Positions 9,303 through 18,077 of a DNA stretch of 46,569 nt are shown one piece after another. The notes below the pieces were generated by a model, which did no database searches, was not told where the DNA came from, and saw only the letters and a list, made by a program, of their open reading frames with translations. Source of the DNA: Candidatus Daviesbacteria bacterium (lineage in GTDB: Bacteria; Patescibacteriota; Microgenomatia; Daviesbacterales; UBA10151); assembly GCA_016198275.1 (NCBI GenBank), contig JACQIX010000025.1:1-46569 (forward strand), read 5' to 3'. The stretch's first letter is position 1, and each line of letters starts with the position of its first letter. The position numbers and the translations under genes were made by a program.

Positions 9303-9360
9303 TGTTATAATCTTGTTATAACAAGATTACTCAGCGTAGCGCTAATCTTGTTATAACAAG
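9303..9360 (+). promoter_or_regulatory. Toxin-antitoxin promoter with two palindromic operators
   Basis: TGTTATAAT (9303-9311) overlaps the perfect 22-bp palindrome TAATCTTGTTATAACAAGATTA (9308-9329); an 18-bp copy lies at 9343-9360. Confidence 0.75.
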
Positions 9361-9371
9361 GGGGTGAAAAA

Positions 9372-9617
9372 ATGTTACAAAAAATTATTCAGGTAGGTAA
9401 TTCATTAGCTGTGACAATACCGAAATCTTTTGCTGTAAGCTTAGGGTGGAAAGCAGGTGAAAAAGTATTGGTAACAGAAGAAGTAGATTTGGAAACAATA
9501 AAAATTCAACAACCTAAGATTTTGGTAAAGAATGGTATCACACCGGAATTTTATAATTGGTTGAAAAAATTTAATATTGAATATAAATCCGTACTTGAGG
9601 AGTTGTCCAAAAAATGA
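9372..9617 (+). CDS. AbrB/MazE-family antitoxin
   Basis: QKIIQVGNSLAVTIPK swapped-hairpin motif; ATGA overlap with the Doc gene; GGGGGTG RBS. Confidence 0.88.
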   Translation: MLQKIIQVGNSLAVTIPKSFAVSLGWKAGEKVLVTEEVDLETIKIQQPKILVKNGITPEFYNWLKKFNIEYKSVLEELSKK

Positions 9618-10015
9618 CAGGTATAGTTTATATTACTTTAGATGAGGTGTTAGCAATTCATGATGACATGGTGGAGAGATATGGAGGCAGTTTTGGAATC
9701 AGAGACTTAGGATTGATTCAATCAGCAATAGCCAGACCTCAGGCTACTTTTGCAAGAGAAGATCTATATCCTACACTTATTGATAAAGCCGCGGCTTTAT
9801 TTCATTCTCTGATTTTTAACCATGCATTCACTGATGGTAATAAAAGGACATCTCTTACCTCAACTGCCAGATTTCTATATCTTAATGGATATGAACTAAA
9901 AGCAGATAAAAAAAAGTTAATTAATTTTCCTTTAAGAGTCAAGAATAAACATTTAGATATTGAAGAAATTGCTGGGTGGTTAAAAGAGCATACCAGAAAA
10001 ATCACAAAAACCTAA
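9614..10015 (+). CDS. Fic/Doc family (death-on-curing) toxin
   Basis: GIRDLGLIQSAIARP, KAAALFHSL and HAFTDGNKRT Doc motif. Confidence 0.93.
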   Translation: MTGIVYITLDEVLAIHDDMVERYGGSFGIRDLGLIQSAIARPQATFAREDLYPTLIDKAAALFHSLIFNHAFTDGNKRTSLTSTARFLYLNGYELKADKKKLINFPLRVKNKHLDIEEIAGWLKEHTRKITKT

Positions 10016-10155
10016 AAAGAGTTAATTCTTTTTTAATTAATTGGTTAATCAAGACGGGGAGAATCCAAAACCAGATATGAGCCATTATTTGCCGGATCTA
10101 CTTTTACTTTCCGGTCAGATACATTATATCCATATCAAAAAGAGAAAAATCAGGT

Positions 10156-12738
10156 TTAGAGAATTACAGCTCCAATTTCTACTACTGTAAATCCGCTTCT
10201 TTTTAATGGTATTAGATTAGGTCTTTTTATGCTTGGGTCTGGATATAATGCAGGCGCGACCAGAATATGAATTCTATAAAAATTATCAGGGGCAGGGGTA
10301 ATGTTTAAGGGCAGATTTTTATTTATTTCATCTTTTTTAAGCAAAGATAATTTTAAATAAGGTGATGGGGGTAGGTCCAGCAAGCTATTTTTTATTTCAT
10401 TGATGAATTGAGCGGTTTCTGTTGAATTAAGCTCCAATTGCCGGGCAATACTTTTAGCCGTACTTTCCCAATTTTCCCTTTGGGTCATAAAGCTTTCTTC
10501 AGGTTGGGTAAAAGTAGTTAATGTTTTGTCATACTCATAATATAGATAATTTATTGGTGCTGGTAGATTGCTGAGAGTAATTTTCCCGTCTGGTGAAGCT
10601 AAAACTTTCCAGGTATTATTTGTGGGTGGGAATGTATAAGTCAATGGTGAAAGCAATGAGACTCCAATATTAGAGGGAATTTCCGGATACAAAAATAATG
10701 AAGGAGAAAGACCGCTAATGTAACAGTCGGTGTCTATTCCGACGGATTGAAAATAATCGGAGGAGTTATAAAACGTCCAATCAAATTTTTCATTATTTAT
10801 ATCTGCCGGGAATAAGTCAGGTTTGCTTGCCCACTGGGATATTTTATTATCCCTGATAATTTCCAAAGTTCTGGCTGCTACATTTTCCACCACTACTTTC
10901 ATGTTGGCAATATCAAATGGTACCGAGGCACCGGTTAAAGAGGTTTCTGAAAATCCGCCCGATGTCCGCCAGCCAGGAAGTGGTGGCCGGCGGGATCCCG
11001 CAAAGACTGAAGTTTGTAAACTTGTAAGACTATCTGATCTTTGGTTTGCTGAAAGCAAAATTCGGGTAAAGATATCATAGACATCATTTACTGTAGTGGG
11101 AGTGGGAGAGAGAAAATTGGGAGTAGTTGACAGAATTTTGGCTACATTAATAACGTACTGCTCTTCTACCGCATCAAAGAAAAAGCCTCTGACAGTTTCA
11201 ATATCTTTGATTGGCAGAGAAGAAGATTTTAAAAAGAGGGTATAAAACCAAGATGATGGTAGCCCGGAGTGGCCCTGGATAACTTCCAGGTTACCGGTGC
11301 CGGGTATTTGGATAGTGGTTGTAGATGTAGAATCACCGTCGGAAGAGACTCCGGTGCACCTGGTTGAGGTAGTAGGAGTAGGTCTGCCGGGAGGAGGTGT
11401 AGGAATGACTGTTGTTGGGGTTGGAGTGGGAGTCGGAGAAGTGGTGGAGGGAAGTCTAGGAGTGGGGGTTGGAGTTGGATAGGTAGCAGGCCTTGGGGTT
11501 TCAGGAGGAATAAGTTGTTTGAGATTGATCACCGGGTCTTCTGAATTTTGAGCCAGTTTTGAAACTCCGGCAACAGCTTTTTGATCAGAGTAGGATAGAA
11601 AAGAAAGGCCGTTTTTTAAAGCAGGCACTGTTTCTACAAAAGAGACTGTATAGCCGCTGTTTAGTTGTGCTTGGCCACGGATTAAATACATTGGTACCAG
11701 GTGGCCTCCAACTGTCTCTCCTCCTTTTTCCAAATAAGCCAGAATATAGTCAGTGATAACAGCTTGTTTGGCCTCTGCAAGGTTGTTTTGATAAACCTTG
11801 TCCCAATCAACTGTGCCGCTGCCGGCGGGCAGGGTGAGAGAAAGTATGGAGAGATGTGAATAAAACTTTTGCAAAGCTTCAGTAGGAGTTGCTAAGTTTT
11901 CCCGGGTAACTTGCCCGGATTTATCTATCCACTTAAGTGATGATTCAACAGAGAAAATTCTGCCGCCATCAGTTACTGCTACTGTTATGGTATTAAAATC
12001 AGTTGGGCGGGATTTGTATGGTTTTGGCAAGTTGCTTGATATGCCATTTTGGACAAATGTCAGGCTGGATATAGTTGGGTCTTCAGGGGCCAAAGGTTCA
12101 ACAGTGCTTAAATTTACTTCTGTTAGTTTGATTGAGGCAGGTAGATTAAGAAGGCCTGCTAAGTTCAAAATTGGCAAACCGATTTTATTCCAGTCCCGGT
12201 GGCATTCCACAAAAGTTACTCCTTCCATCCGATTTCTTTGATATGTGATCGGGCAGGAAAGGGTGGGGTCTGAGATTCCAAGTGATTGGAGGAAATTTAG
12301 AGCGGTATTTCTGGGATTCTGATTACCGGAGGCTTTTACTACCCCAAATGAGCGGAATGAAAAGGAGCCGGTATTTTTATTGAACAGCAGATAGCCTTTT
12401 TTTTGTGGATCATCAATATTGTAGACAATGTCGTATACTGTTGAAGTAGAATACTGTTTGTTTAAACCTAGTTTTTGGGCAAATTGTAGGACTTCAGTTG
12501 AAGAAAAAGCTGTTTTTAGCTGATAGGTAGATAAATTTGGTGGAATTGAAGGCAGCGATGTTTTATTCAGATATGTATCAAAGTATACTTTGGGAGCGTT
12601 TCTGACAGTTTGGTTTTTAGAATTTGTTTGGGATTGGGAAGTGGTAGGAGGCCGGAAAAATGAATAGAAGGTGACTGATAAGTATAGGAGAATTAAGATA
12701 ATAGCCAAAACTGCGGCAATAAAAAGTTTTCCTCGCAT
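10156..12738 (-). CDS. Large membrane-anchored surface protein with Pro/Thr stalk and a conserved C-terminal domain of unknown function
   Basis: N-terminal TM; PTPTPTP linker; C-terminal PSLFLYP...WKVLASPDG...YLYYE...ITPAPD...GFTVVEIG pattern. Confidence 0.75.
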   Translation of the reverse strand: MRGKLFIAAVLAIILILLYLSVTFYSFFRPPTTSQSQTNSKNQTVRNAPKVYFDTYLNKTSLPSIPPNLSTYQLKTAFSSTEVLQFAQKLGLNKQYSTSTVYDIVYNIDDPQKKGYLLFNKNTGSFSFRSFGVVKASGNQNPRNTALNFLQSLGISDPTLSCPITYQRNRMEGVTFVECHRDWNKIGLPILNLAGLLNLPASIKLTEVNLSTVEPLAPEDPTISSLTFVQNGISSNLPKPYKSRPTDFNTITVAVTDGGRIFSVESSLKWIDKSGQVTRENLATPTEALQKFYSHLSILSLTLPAGSGTVDWDKVYQNNLAEAKQAVITDYILAYLEKGGETVGGHLVPMYLIRGQAQLNSGYTVSFVETVPALKNGLSFLSYSDQKAVAGVSKLAQNSEDPVINLKQLIPPETPRPATYPTPTPTPRLPSTTSPTPTPTPTTVIPTPPPGRPTPTTSTRCTGVSSDGDSTSTTTIQIPGTGNLEVIQGHSGLPSSWFYTLFLKSSSLPIKDIETVRGFFFDAVEEQYVINVAKILSTTPNFLSPTPTTVNDVYDIFTRILLSANQRSDSLTSLQTSVFAGSRRPPLPGWRTSGGFSETSLTGASVPFDIANMKVVVENVAARTLEIIRDNKISQWASKPDLFPADINNEKFDWTFYNSSDYFQSVGIDTDCYISGLSPSLFLYPEIPSNIGVSLLSPLTYTFPPTNNTWKVLASPDGKITLSNLPAPINYLYYEYDKTLTTFTQPEESFMTQRENWESTAKSIARQLELNSTETAQFINEIKNSLLDLPPSPYLKLSLLKKDEINKNLPLNITPAPDNFYRIHILVAPALYPDPSIKRPNLIPLKRSGFTVVEIGAVIL

Positions 12739-12768
12739 TTCTTTTTAGTATAAACAAATGTTAAAATA

Positions 12769-13848
12769 ATGGCAATGCTGCAAACATTATTCTATGATCC
12801 TGAGTTAAGTTATGAAGAAAATTATGAGAAAGGGCCTTTTGGCTCTTTTATAGATGGTAAGATGTTTGAACAAAAAGGTGAGCCTCAATATAACTTTTTA
12901 GGTCAAAAAGTAAACCTTCCTTTTGGTATTCCCGCAGGTCCTTTAATAAATGCCGCCTTTTGTAAGGGAGCATTTGACAAAAGTTTTGATATTTGCGTTT
13001 ATAAAACTGTCAGGTCTTCTTTTTTTCCCTGTCACCCTTTTCCGAATATTTTGGCTGTAAAAGTCGAAGGTGATTTAACTTTAGAGAAAGCCCAAAATGC
13101 TCAAATCGCAGACAATAATTACTCACCTCCTTTATCCATTACTAACTCTTTCGGGGTGCCTTCCAAGCAGGTGGAGGTTTGGCAGGAGGATGTTAAAAAG
13201 GCCATCTTTTATGCTCATAAAGGTCAAGTCTTGGTTTTATCCTTTATGGGTACTGCTCAAGAAAATCAGACCCTTGGGCAGTTTATAGCAGATTGGGCTT
13301 TGGCAGCGAGACTATCTATGCAAACAGGAGCTAAAATTTTGGAAGCTAATTTATCCTGTCCAAATATCGGCAACGAAGGTTTGGTTTGTTACAACTTGGA
13401 TACCACCAAAAAAGTTTGTCAGGCCATAAGATCGGAAATTGGGAATATACCTTTAATATTAAAAGTAGGCTATTACCTTAAAGATGATGATATTAAAAAA
13501 ATGGTAGAAATTGCCTCCAAATATGCCCAAGCCATATCTTCGATTAACACTATCCAGGCAGAGATTGTGGACAAAGAGGGTAAACAAGCTTTACCCGGGA
13601 AAATGAGAGAGAGATCCGGGATTTGCGGAGCATCAATTAAATGGGCAGGGTTGGATATGGTTAAAAGGTTAAAAAAGTTTACAGGTGACAGTGGACAGGA
13701 AACAGTTAAAATCATAGGGGTGGGAGGGGTGATGGAAACTCAAGACTATTTTGAATATATGGCTGCCGGGGCAGATGCGGTGATGAGCGCCACAGGAGCT
13801 ATGTGGAATCCCTATTTAGCAGCGGAAATTAAACAAAAAGTTATTTAA
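12769..13848 (+). CDS. pyrD: Dihydroorotate dehydrogenase family FMN enzyme (class 1-like); start may be the second ATG at 12775
   Basis: EANLSCPN (catalytic Cys), LILK, SINT, SGICG, IIGVGGV; next to pyrC/E/F. Confidence 0.75.
   Translation: MAMLQTLFYDPELSYEENYEKGPFGSFIDGKMFEQKGEPQYNFLGQKVNLPFGIPAGPLINAAFCKGAFDKSFDICVYKTVRSSFFPCHPFPNILAVKVEGDLTLEKAQNAQIADNNYSPPLSITNSFGVPSKQVEVWQEDVKKAIFYAHKGQVLVLSFMGTAQENQTLGQFIADWALAARLSMQTGAKILEANLSCPNIGNEGLVCYNLDTTKKVCQAIRSEIGNIPLILKVGYYLKDDDIKKMVEIASKYAQAISSINTIQAEIVDKEGKQALPGKMRERSGICGASIKWAGLDMVKRLKKFTGDSGQETVKIIGVGGVMETQDYFEYMAAGADAVMSATGAMWNPYLAAEIKQKVI
13678..13705 (+). repeat. Degenerate heptamer array x4 in pyrD
   Basis: TTTACAG GTGACAG TGGACAG GAAACAG, encoding FTGDSGQET. 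Confidence 0.6.
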
Positions 13849-14001
13849 TCACTTTCTGATTTTATAATCAATACTTCTTTTGGAAGTTTTTCCTCTCTCA
13901 GGTAAAAAATAGGTATAAACTAAGATCGAGATAATAACAGTTAGGAACACAAATACTGGGTAAAGAACAAAGGAAATTTCTCTAAAAGTCTTATCGTCCA
14001 T
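13849..14001 (-). CDS. Small single-TM protein of 50 aa, absent from the ORF track
   Basis: Hand translation MDDKTFREISFVLYPVFVFLTVIISILVYTYFLPERGKTSKRSIDYKIRK; start overlaps the upstream gene end by 11 nt; fills the gap to pyrD. Confidence 0.55.
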   Translation of the reverse strand: MDDKTFREISFVLYPVFVFLTVIISILVYTYFLPERGKTSKRSIDYKIRK

Positions 14002-14227
14002 TTTGTCTCCTTTTTGCTACTCTACCTAATTTAAAAGCCAATATTACACAAGTTGTAACTATGACTAAGTCTAACATAAATCCTAATAATAAAGCAATTT
14101 GAGAAATCCCGCTGATAAAATATGCAATAATTGGTACGCCTAAGACGCCTTTAGCAACATCAATAAAAAATTGAGATAGAATCTTGAGTTCCTCGGTAGT
14201 AAGTTTTGTTAATAATTTGTTAACCAT
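13991..14227 (-). CDS. Small two-TM membrane protein
   Basis: 78 aa, two hydrophobic segments, basic C-terminal tail; overlaps the pyrC stop. Confidence 0.65.
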   Translation of the reverse strand: MVNKLLTKLTTEELKILSQFFIDVAKGVLGVPIIAYFISGISQIALLLGFMLDLVIVTTCVILAFKLGRVAKRRQNGR

Positions 14228-15293
14228 TTGGAACTAAGATTTTGCCAGATCCTTTTTCTGCTAAGATTTGGCCCTGATCGAAAACTTTTTGTCCATGAAG
14301 GTAAACTGAATTTATTTTTCCCCTTACTTTTTTTCCTGCAAAAGGAGACCAGCCGCATTTGGTATATAAGAGTTTATTGTTTATCGTATATTGTTCATTG
14401 GGATCCACTTCAACTTTGGTGTTTGGATCAGTAGGAATATTAAAAATTTTTACAGGATTGGTAGACATCAGCCTGATAATATCATCTAGGGTCAGTTTTC
14501 CATCATGGACTGCTGTTAAAAGCAGCGGCAAGGTAGTTTCCAAGCCCGGCACTCCAAAAGGCGGATGATCAGATTTTTTTTCCGTTTTAGTATGAGGTGC
14601 ATGGTCAGATTCAATTAAGTCTATAAATTGCAAATTCTGCCATAAAAAATCAACATCCTTTTGCGGTTTTAAGTATGGTTTCATCAAGCCATATGGACCT
14701 AATTTTTTACTATCCTCTTCTGTTAAGAATAAGTGGTGGGGGGTAACACCACAAGTAATAAGTAGTCCTGCTTGCTTTGCTTTAATAATTTGAGATAGCT
14801 CCATTTGAGAAGACACGTGACAAATATGGGTTCTTTTTCCACTGGATTTAATAACTTTTAAAGCCAAAGGTAGCGTTTCCCCCTCACAATGTAAAAGAAT
14901 TGGCTGTCCCGCACCATCCGGTGCAGGATTAGGCCAACTCTGATAAATCCTGATTAACTTTTCTTCGTCTATTAAAAAATTGCCAGTAGTAGGGTTAAGA
15001 AATAACTTAAGTCCAAAAACTTCTTTCTCAATTTGGGGAAACTGTGCAAAATTATCCCCTAAAGACCCAAAGTAAAAACCTACATCGCAAACTATATTTT
15101 GTTTGGCAATGTCAATTTTCTCTTCAAGCAATTCTTTAGTAGTGATAGGGTTTTCATTATTGGGCATATCCAAAATAGTGGTAAATCCGCCGGCTATGGC
15201 AGCTTGAGTGCCGGAATAAAAATCCTCTTTTTCCTCCTGTCCGGGAGTTCTTAAATGAACATGGATATCAATCAAACCTGGTAAAGTTATCAT
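14220..15293 (-). CDS. pyrC: Dihydroorotase
   Basis: PGLIDIHVHLR, AGGFTTILDMPN, HICHVS, TPHHL, SDHAPH, PGLET, KCGWSPF. Confidence 0.93.
   Translation of the reverse strand: MITLPGLIDIHVHLRTPGQEEKEDFYSGTQAAIAGGFTTILDMPNNENPITTKELLEEKIDIAKQNIVCDVGFYFGSLGDNFAQFPQIEKEVFGLKLFLNPTTGNFLIDEEKLIRIYQSWPNPAPDGAGQPILLHCEGETLPLALKVIKSSGKRTHICHVSSQMELSQIIKAKQAGLLITCGVTPHHLFLTEEDSKKLGPYGLMKPYLKPQKDVDFLWQNLQFIDLIESDHAPHTKTEKKSDHPPFGVPGLETTLPLLLTAVHDGKLTLDDIIRLMSTNPVKIFNIPTDPNTKVEVDPNEQYTINNKLLYTKCGWSPFAGKKVRGKINSVYLHGQKVFDQGQILAEKGSGKILVPNG
14372..14399. repeat. Degenerate heptamer array x4 in pyrC
   Basis: GTTTATT GTTTATC GTATATT GTTCATT. Confidence 0.55.
14907..14928. repeat. REP-like palindrome read in frame within pyrC
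   Basis: TCCCGCACC-ATCC-GGTGCAGGA with one mismatch (G-U on the mRNA); encodes NPAPDGAG. Confidence 0.6.
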
Positions 15294-16021
15294 TTAAAAT
15301 GTTGCGAAAGCTTAATATAACCAATGACTTCATCGTATTTTTCCTGAGTTATAACTCCTTTTGCCAAGTAATATTCTAAAAGTTTAGACAATTCAAAAGG
15401 AGCATAGAATTGATAACCGCTTTTTTCTATGATTTCTTTCCCGCCTTCGTTTCTATCAACTAAAACAATTAAACCCAAGACTTTAAACTTAAGTTGCTCG
15501 GCAACTTTAAAAGCCCTGAATTTGGATTCACCTTTGGTAATAACATCATCTACGATCAGCACAGTTTTTCCATCTCCTCCGGGTGCGTTTTTGGCAGGTT
15601 TGATCCGGGGGCTGGCAGGATTATCGTCTTTTTCAAAAATTTCTATATAAGGAATCTTAGAGATTTTGGAAAATTCTTTGGCAAAAGGAATGGCAGCATT
15701 GGGAATGCCGGTTGCAAAATCCGGCCTTTGTTTTAACTTAACTTCAGTTAGACATTGGGCGATTTTGGCAACTAAATTGGATGGTAAATTTCTTAAGTTA
15801 ATAATAATCGGTGAAAGGGGGGCAGTGGGATTTTTTTCATGATGCACAAAGGCAAACTCTGAAGCGTCTTTTCTAAAATCAATTGGAGCAGTATCCCTGA
15901 CAATGTAATAAAATTCAAAACTTCCGTCTGCATTTTGCTTTCTCCTTCTAACTTTAGCCTTAGTTTTCGTACTAAATAACCAGTCAGCTAGATCTTGCTG
16001 AGATTTGGTGAAATTAGACAC
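15290..16021 (-). CDS. pyrE: Orotate phosphoribosyltransferase with N-terminal extension
   Basis: VLIVDDVITKGESK PRPP-binding loop, VLVDR, SPxxINLR; lies between pyrF and pyrC. Confidence 0.8.
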   Translation of the reverse strand: MSNFTKSQQDLADWLFSTKTKAKVRRRKQNADGSFEFYYIVRDTAPIDFRKDASEFAFVHHEKNPTAPLSPIIINLRNLPSNLVAKIAQCLTEVKLKQRPDFATGIPNAAIPFAKEFSKISKIPYIEIFEKDDNPASPRIKPAKNAPGGDGKTVLIVDDVITKGESKFRAFKVAEQLKFKVLGLIVLVDRNEGGKEIIEKSGYQFYAPFELSKLLEYYLAKGVITQEKYDEVIGYIKLSQHFK

Positions 16022-16778
16022 TCTTTAAAAGCTCCTTAATTTGCTGGTCTAACTTAACTGTTGCTTCCCCGGGCCCGGCAGCAAAAATTATTTCCCGGGA
16101 AGAGCTAATGATTATTCCCTCTCCTTTGCTGTCTAAACCGGCTTTAAGTATGGCAGCTAAATTTCCCCCCTGGGCTCCAATGCCGGGAATCAGTATTGGT
16201 AAATCACCCACAGCCTCCCGGACTTTCTTTAGCTCTTGGGGATATGTTGCCCCTACCACTACACCCAAGTTGCCATTCTCATTCCAATCAACTACATGCT
16301 CTGCTACTATTTGGTAAAGCGGTTTTTGGGACGAGGCAACAAGCAGGTCTTGGAATTCATCTGCTCCTTTATTTGAAGTTTTGACTAAAACAAAAATTCC
16401 CTTGTCCGTTCTTTCTAAAAACGGCTGCAAGGACTCTTTACCTAAGTATGGGAAAACAGTAACTGCATCTGCTTTAAGCTCATCGAAAGCAGCTTTTACA
16501 TAAGACATATTGGTATTTTCGACATCACCTCTTTTGGCATCTAAAATCACCGGCATTTGGGGATCAAGGTTTCGGATATAGCTGATGGTATTTTTCAAAG
16601 ACTGCAAACCTTCAATACCTCGAGCCTCATAAAAAGCACTATTTGGTTTATAAGCGCAGACTATTTTTGCTGTTTTGTTAATAATTGATTTATTAATTTC
16701 AAAATTTGCCTGGTCCAAACCAACGCAAACAAATTTTCGTTTCTTCCATTTGCTTTTTAATTTATCCAAAAAGTTCAT
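16014..16778 (-). CDS. pyrF: Orotidine-5'-phosphate decarboxylase (probable start 16778)
   Basis: CVGLD, YKPNSAFYE, ILDAKRGDV, VVGATYP, LIPGIGAQGG, SSSR. Confidence 0.95.
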   Translation of the reverse strand: MNFLDKLKSKWKKRKFVCVGLDQANFEINKSIINKTAKIVCAYKPNSAFYEARGIEGLQSLKNTISYIRNLDPQMPVILDAKRGDVENTNMSYVKAAFDELKADAVTVFPYLGKESLQPFLERTDKGIFVLVKTSNKGADEFQDLLVASSQKPLYQIVAEHVVDWNENGNLGVVVGATYPQELKKVREAVGDLPILIPGIGAQGGNLAAILKAGLDSKGEGIIISSSREIIFAAGPGEATVKLDQQIKELLKSV

Positions 16779-16833
16779 GAGTTGATTGTAAAACTTTGAA
16801 AACTTTCTGTCCACCTGTTATATTTGAAAACTG

Positions 16834-17622
16834 ATGGATAGGATAATCCCCGATTTTAAACTTTTTCTGATACTGGTATTTTTCTTGGCAATAATTTTTA
16901 TGCTGGATAGATTTAATTTTTTAGGATTACCTAAAAAGGTGGCATTTTTTATTACTAACCCTATTTCTTTTGGCATCTATGATTTTCAAAGAGTGGTTAG
17001 CAGGCAGTTCTATTTTATTTTTGCTGCCCGCTATGCTGCCCAGGAGAATAAAGCTTTAAAAGAACAAATCGGCAAGCTATTGTCTGAGAATGCTACCATA
17101 AGGAAAAAATTGGCAGAAGAAGAAGCTGGAAACCTGCAAGAGAAACACTTGGATGCTCAAACTTACAATTTACTCTCAGCCAGACCGATTGGACTGGGCC
17201 GGTATTTAAAAATTGATCAGGGTTCAGATGCCGGTATCAAATTAGGTTGGCCGGTGGTTTCCAGTGACAATCTGGTAGGGAAGATTGTTAGCGTATCTGA
17301 AAAATCATCCAAGATCCAACTACTTTCAGACCCGGATTCAAAACTTGCAGCTTTTTCACAAAATTTGGAAGGCAAAGCAAAAGGAATTTTAATAGGCCAT
17401 TTTGGTAATGAGGTAGTCTTAGATAAAATCCTGCATGAGGAAAAAATTGGCGTAGGAGATTTAGTTTATACGGAAGGTTTGGAGGATTTTTTGCCAAGAG
17501 GACTAATTTTGGGTAGAGTGGAGCAAGTATTAACCAGGGAAAATGAGATATTTAAGCAAGCCAAAATTTCTCCCAATTTTGATATCAGGGATTTGGAGTT
17601 GGTGTTCGTAATAAAGGAATGA
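16834..17622 (+). CDS. mreC: Rod shape-determining protein MreC
   Basis: TM, coiled coil (ENKALK), IDQGSDAGI, LVGKI, PRGLILGRV. Confidence 0.9.
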   Translation: MDRIIPDFKLFLILVFFLAIIFMLDRFNFLGLPKKVAFFITNPISFGIYDFQRVVSRQFYFIFAARYAAQENKALKEQIGKLLSENATIRKKLAEEEAGNLQEKHLDAQTYNLLSARPIGLGRYLKIDQGSDAGIKLGWPVVSSDNLVGKIVSVSEKSSKIQLLSDPDSKLAAFSQNLEGKAKGILIGHFGNEVVLDKILHEEKIGVGDLVYTEGLEDFLPRGLILGRVEQVLTRENEIFKQAKISPNFDIRDLELVFVIKE

Positions 17623-18074
17623 AAACTTTAATTGCAATTTTAATTATCGTCGCCTTCTTACAAACTACTATTTTGCCAATTGATCTGGTTTTAATAATTT
17701 TAATTTGCAGAAGCTATATTAAAGTTGGCAAACTCAATTTAATTTTAGGGTTTTGGTTGGGGTTGCTAGTATCTTTTTTAGATTTGACTCCTTTAGGAGT
17801 GCAAGCTGTTATTTATTTGTTTATTATCCAATTAGTCCAAGTGTTATCCAAATTTCCCTTGGCAGGTAATTCACTATTAATTGTTCCTATCAGCCTAATC
17901 CTTTTATCATTAAATCACTTCTTTATTTCATTGGCAGCTCAGACAACCACACAACTTTTTCCCAAAGTAATTGTAGAAAGCTTGCTGTCTTTGCCTGTTT
18001 TATACCTGCTTAGACTTTGGGAGGACCGTTTTTTTGTGCGGAAAGAGATCAGATTAAAAATAGCTAAACATTAA
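17619..18074 (+). CDS. mreD: Rod shape-determining protein MreD (divergent)
   Basis: About 5 TM, GLLVSFLD...LG pattern; sits between mreC and mrdA. Confidence 0.7.
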   Translation: MKTLIAILIIVAFLQTTILPIDLVLIILICRSYIKVGKLNLILGFWLGLLVSFLDLTPLGVQAVIYLFIIQLVQVLSKFPLAGNSLLIVPISLILLSLNHFFISLAAQTTTQLFPKVIVESLLSLPVLYLLRLWEDRFFVRKEIRLKIAKH

Positions 18075-18077
18075 TTT

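Noticed and set aside
11360-11500. GGAGTGGG/GTAGGA-like repeats in the 860 aa gene and similar ones near 46100-46300
   Set aside because: Explained by Pro/Thr codons of the protein stalks (period 6), not an independent DNA element.
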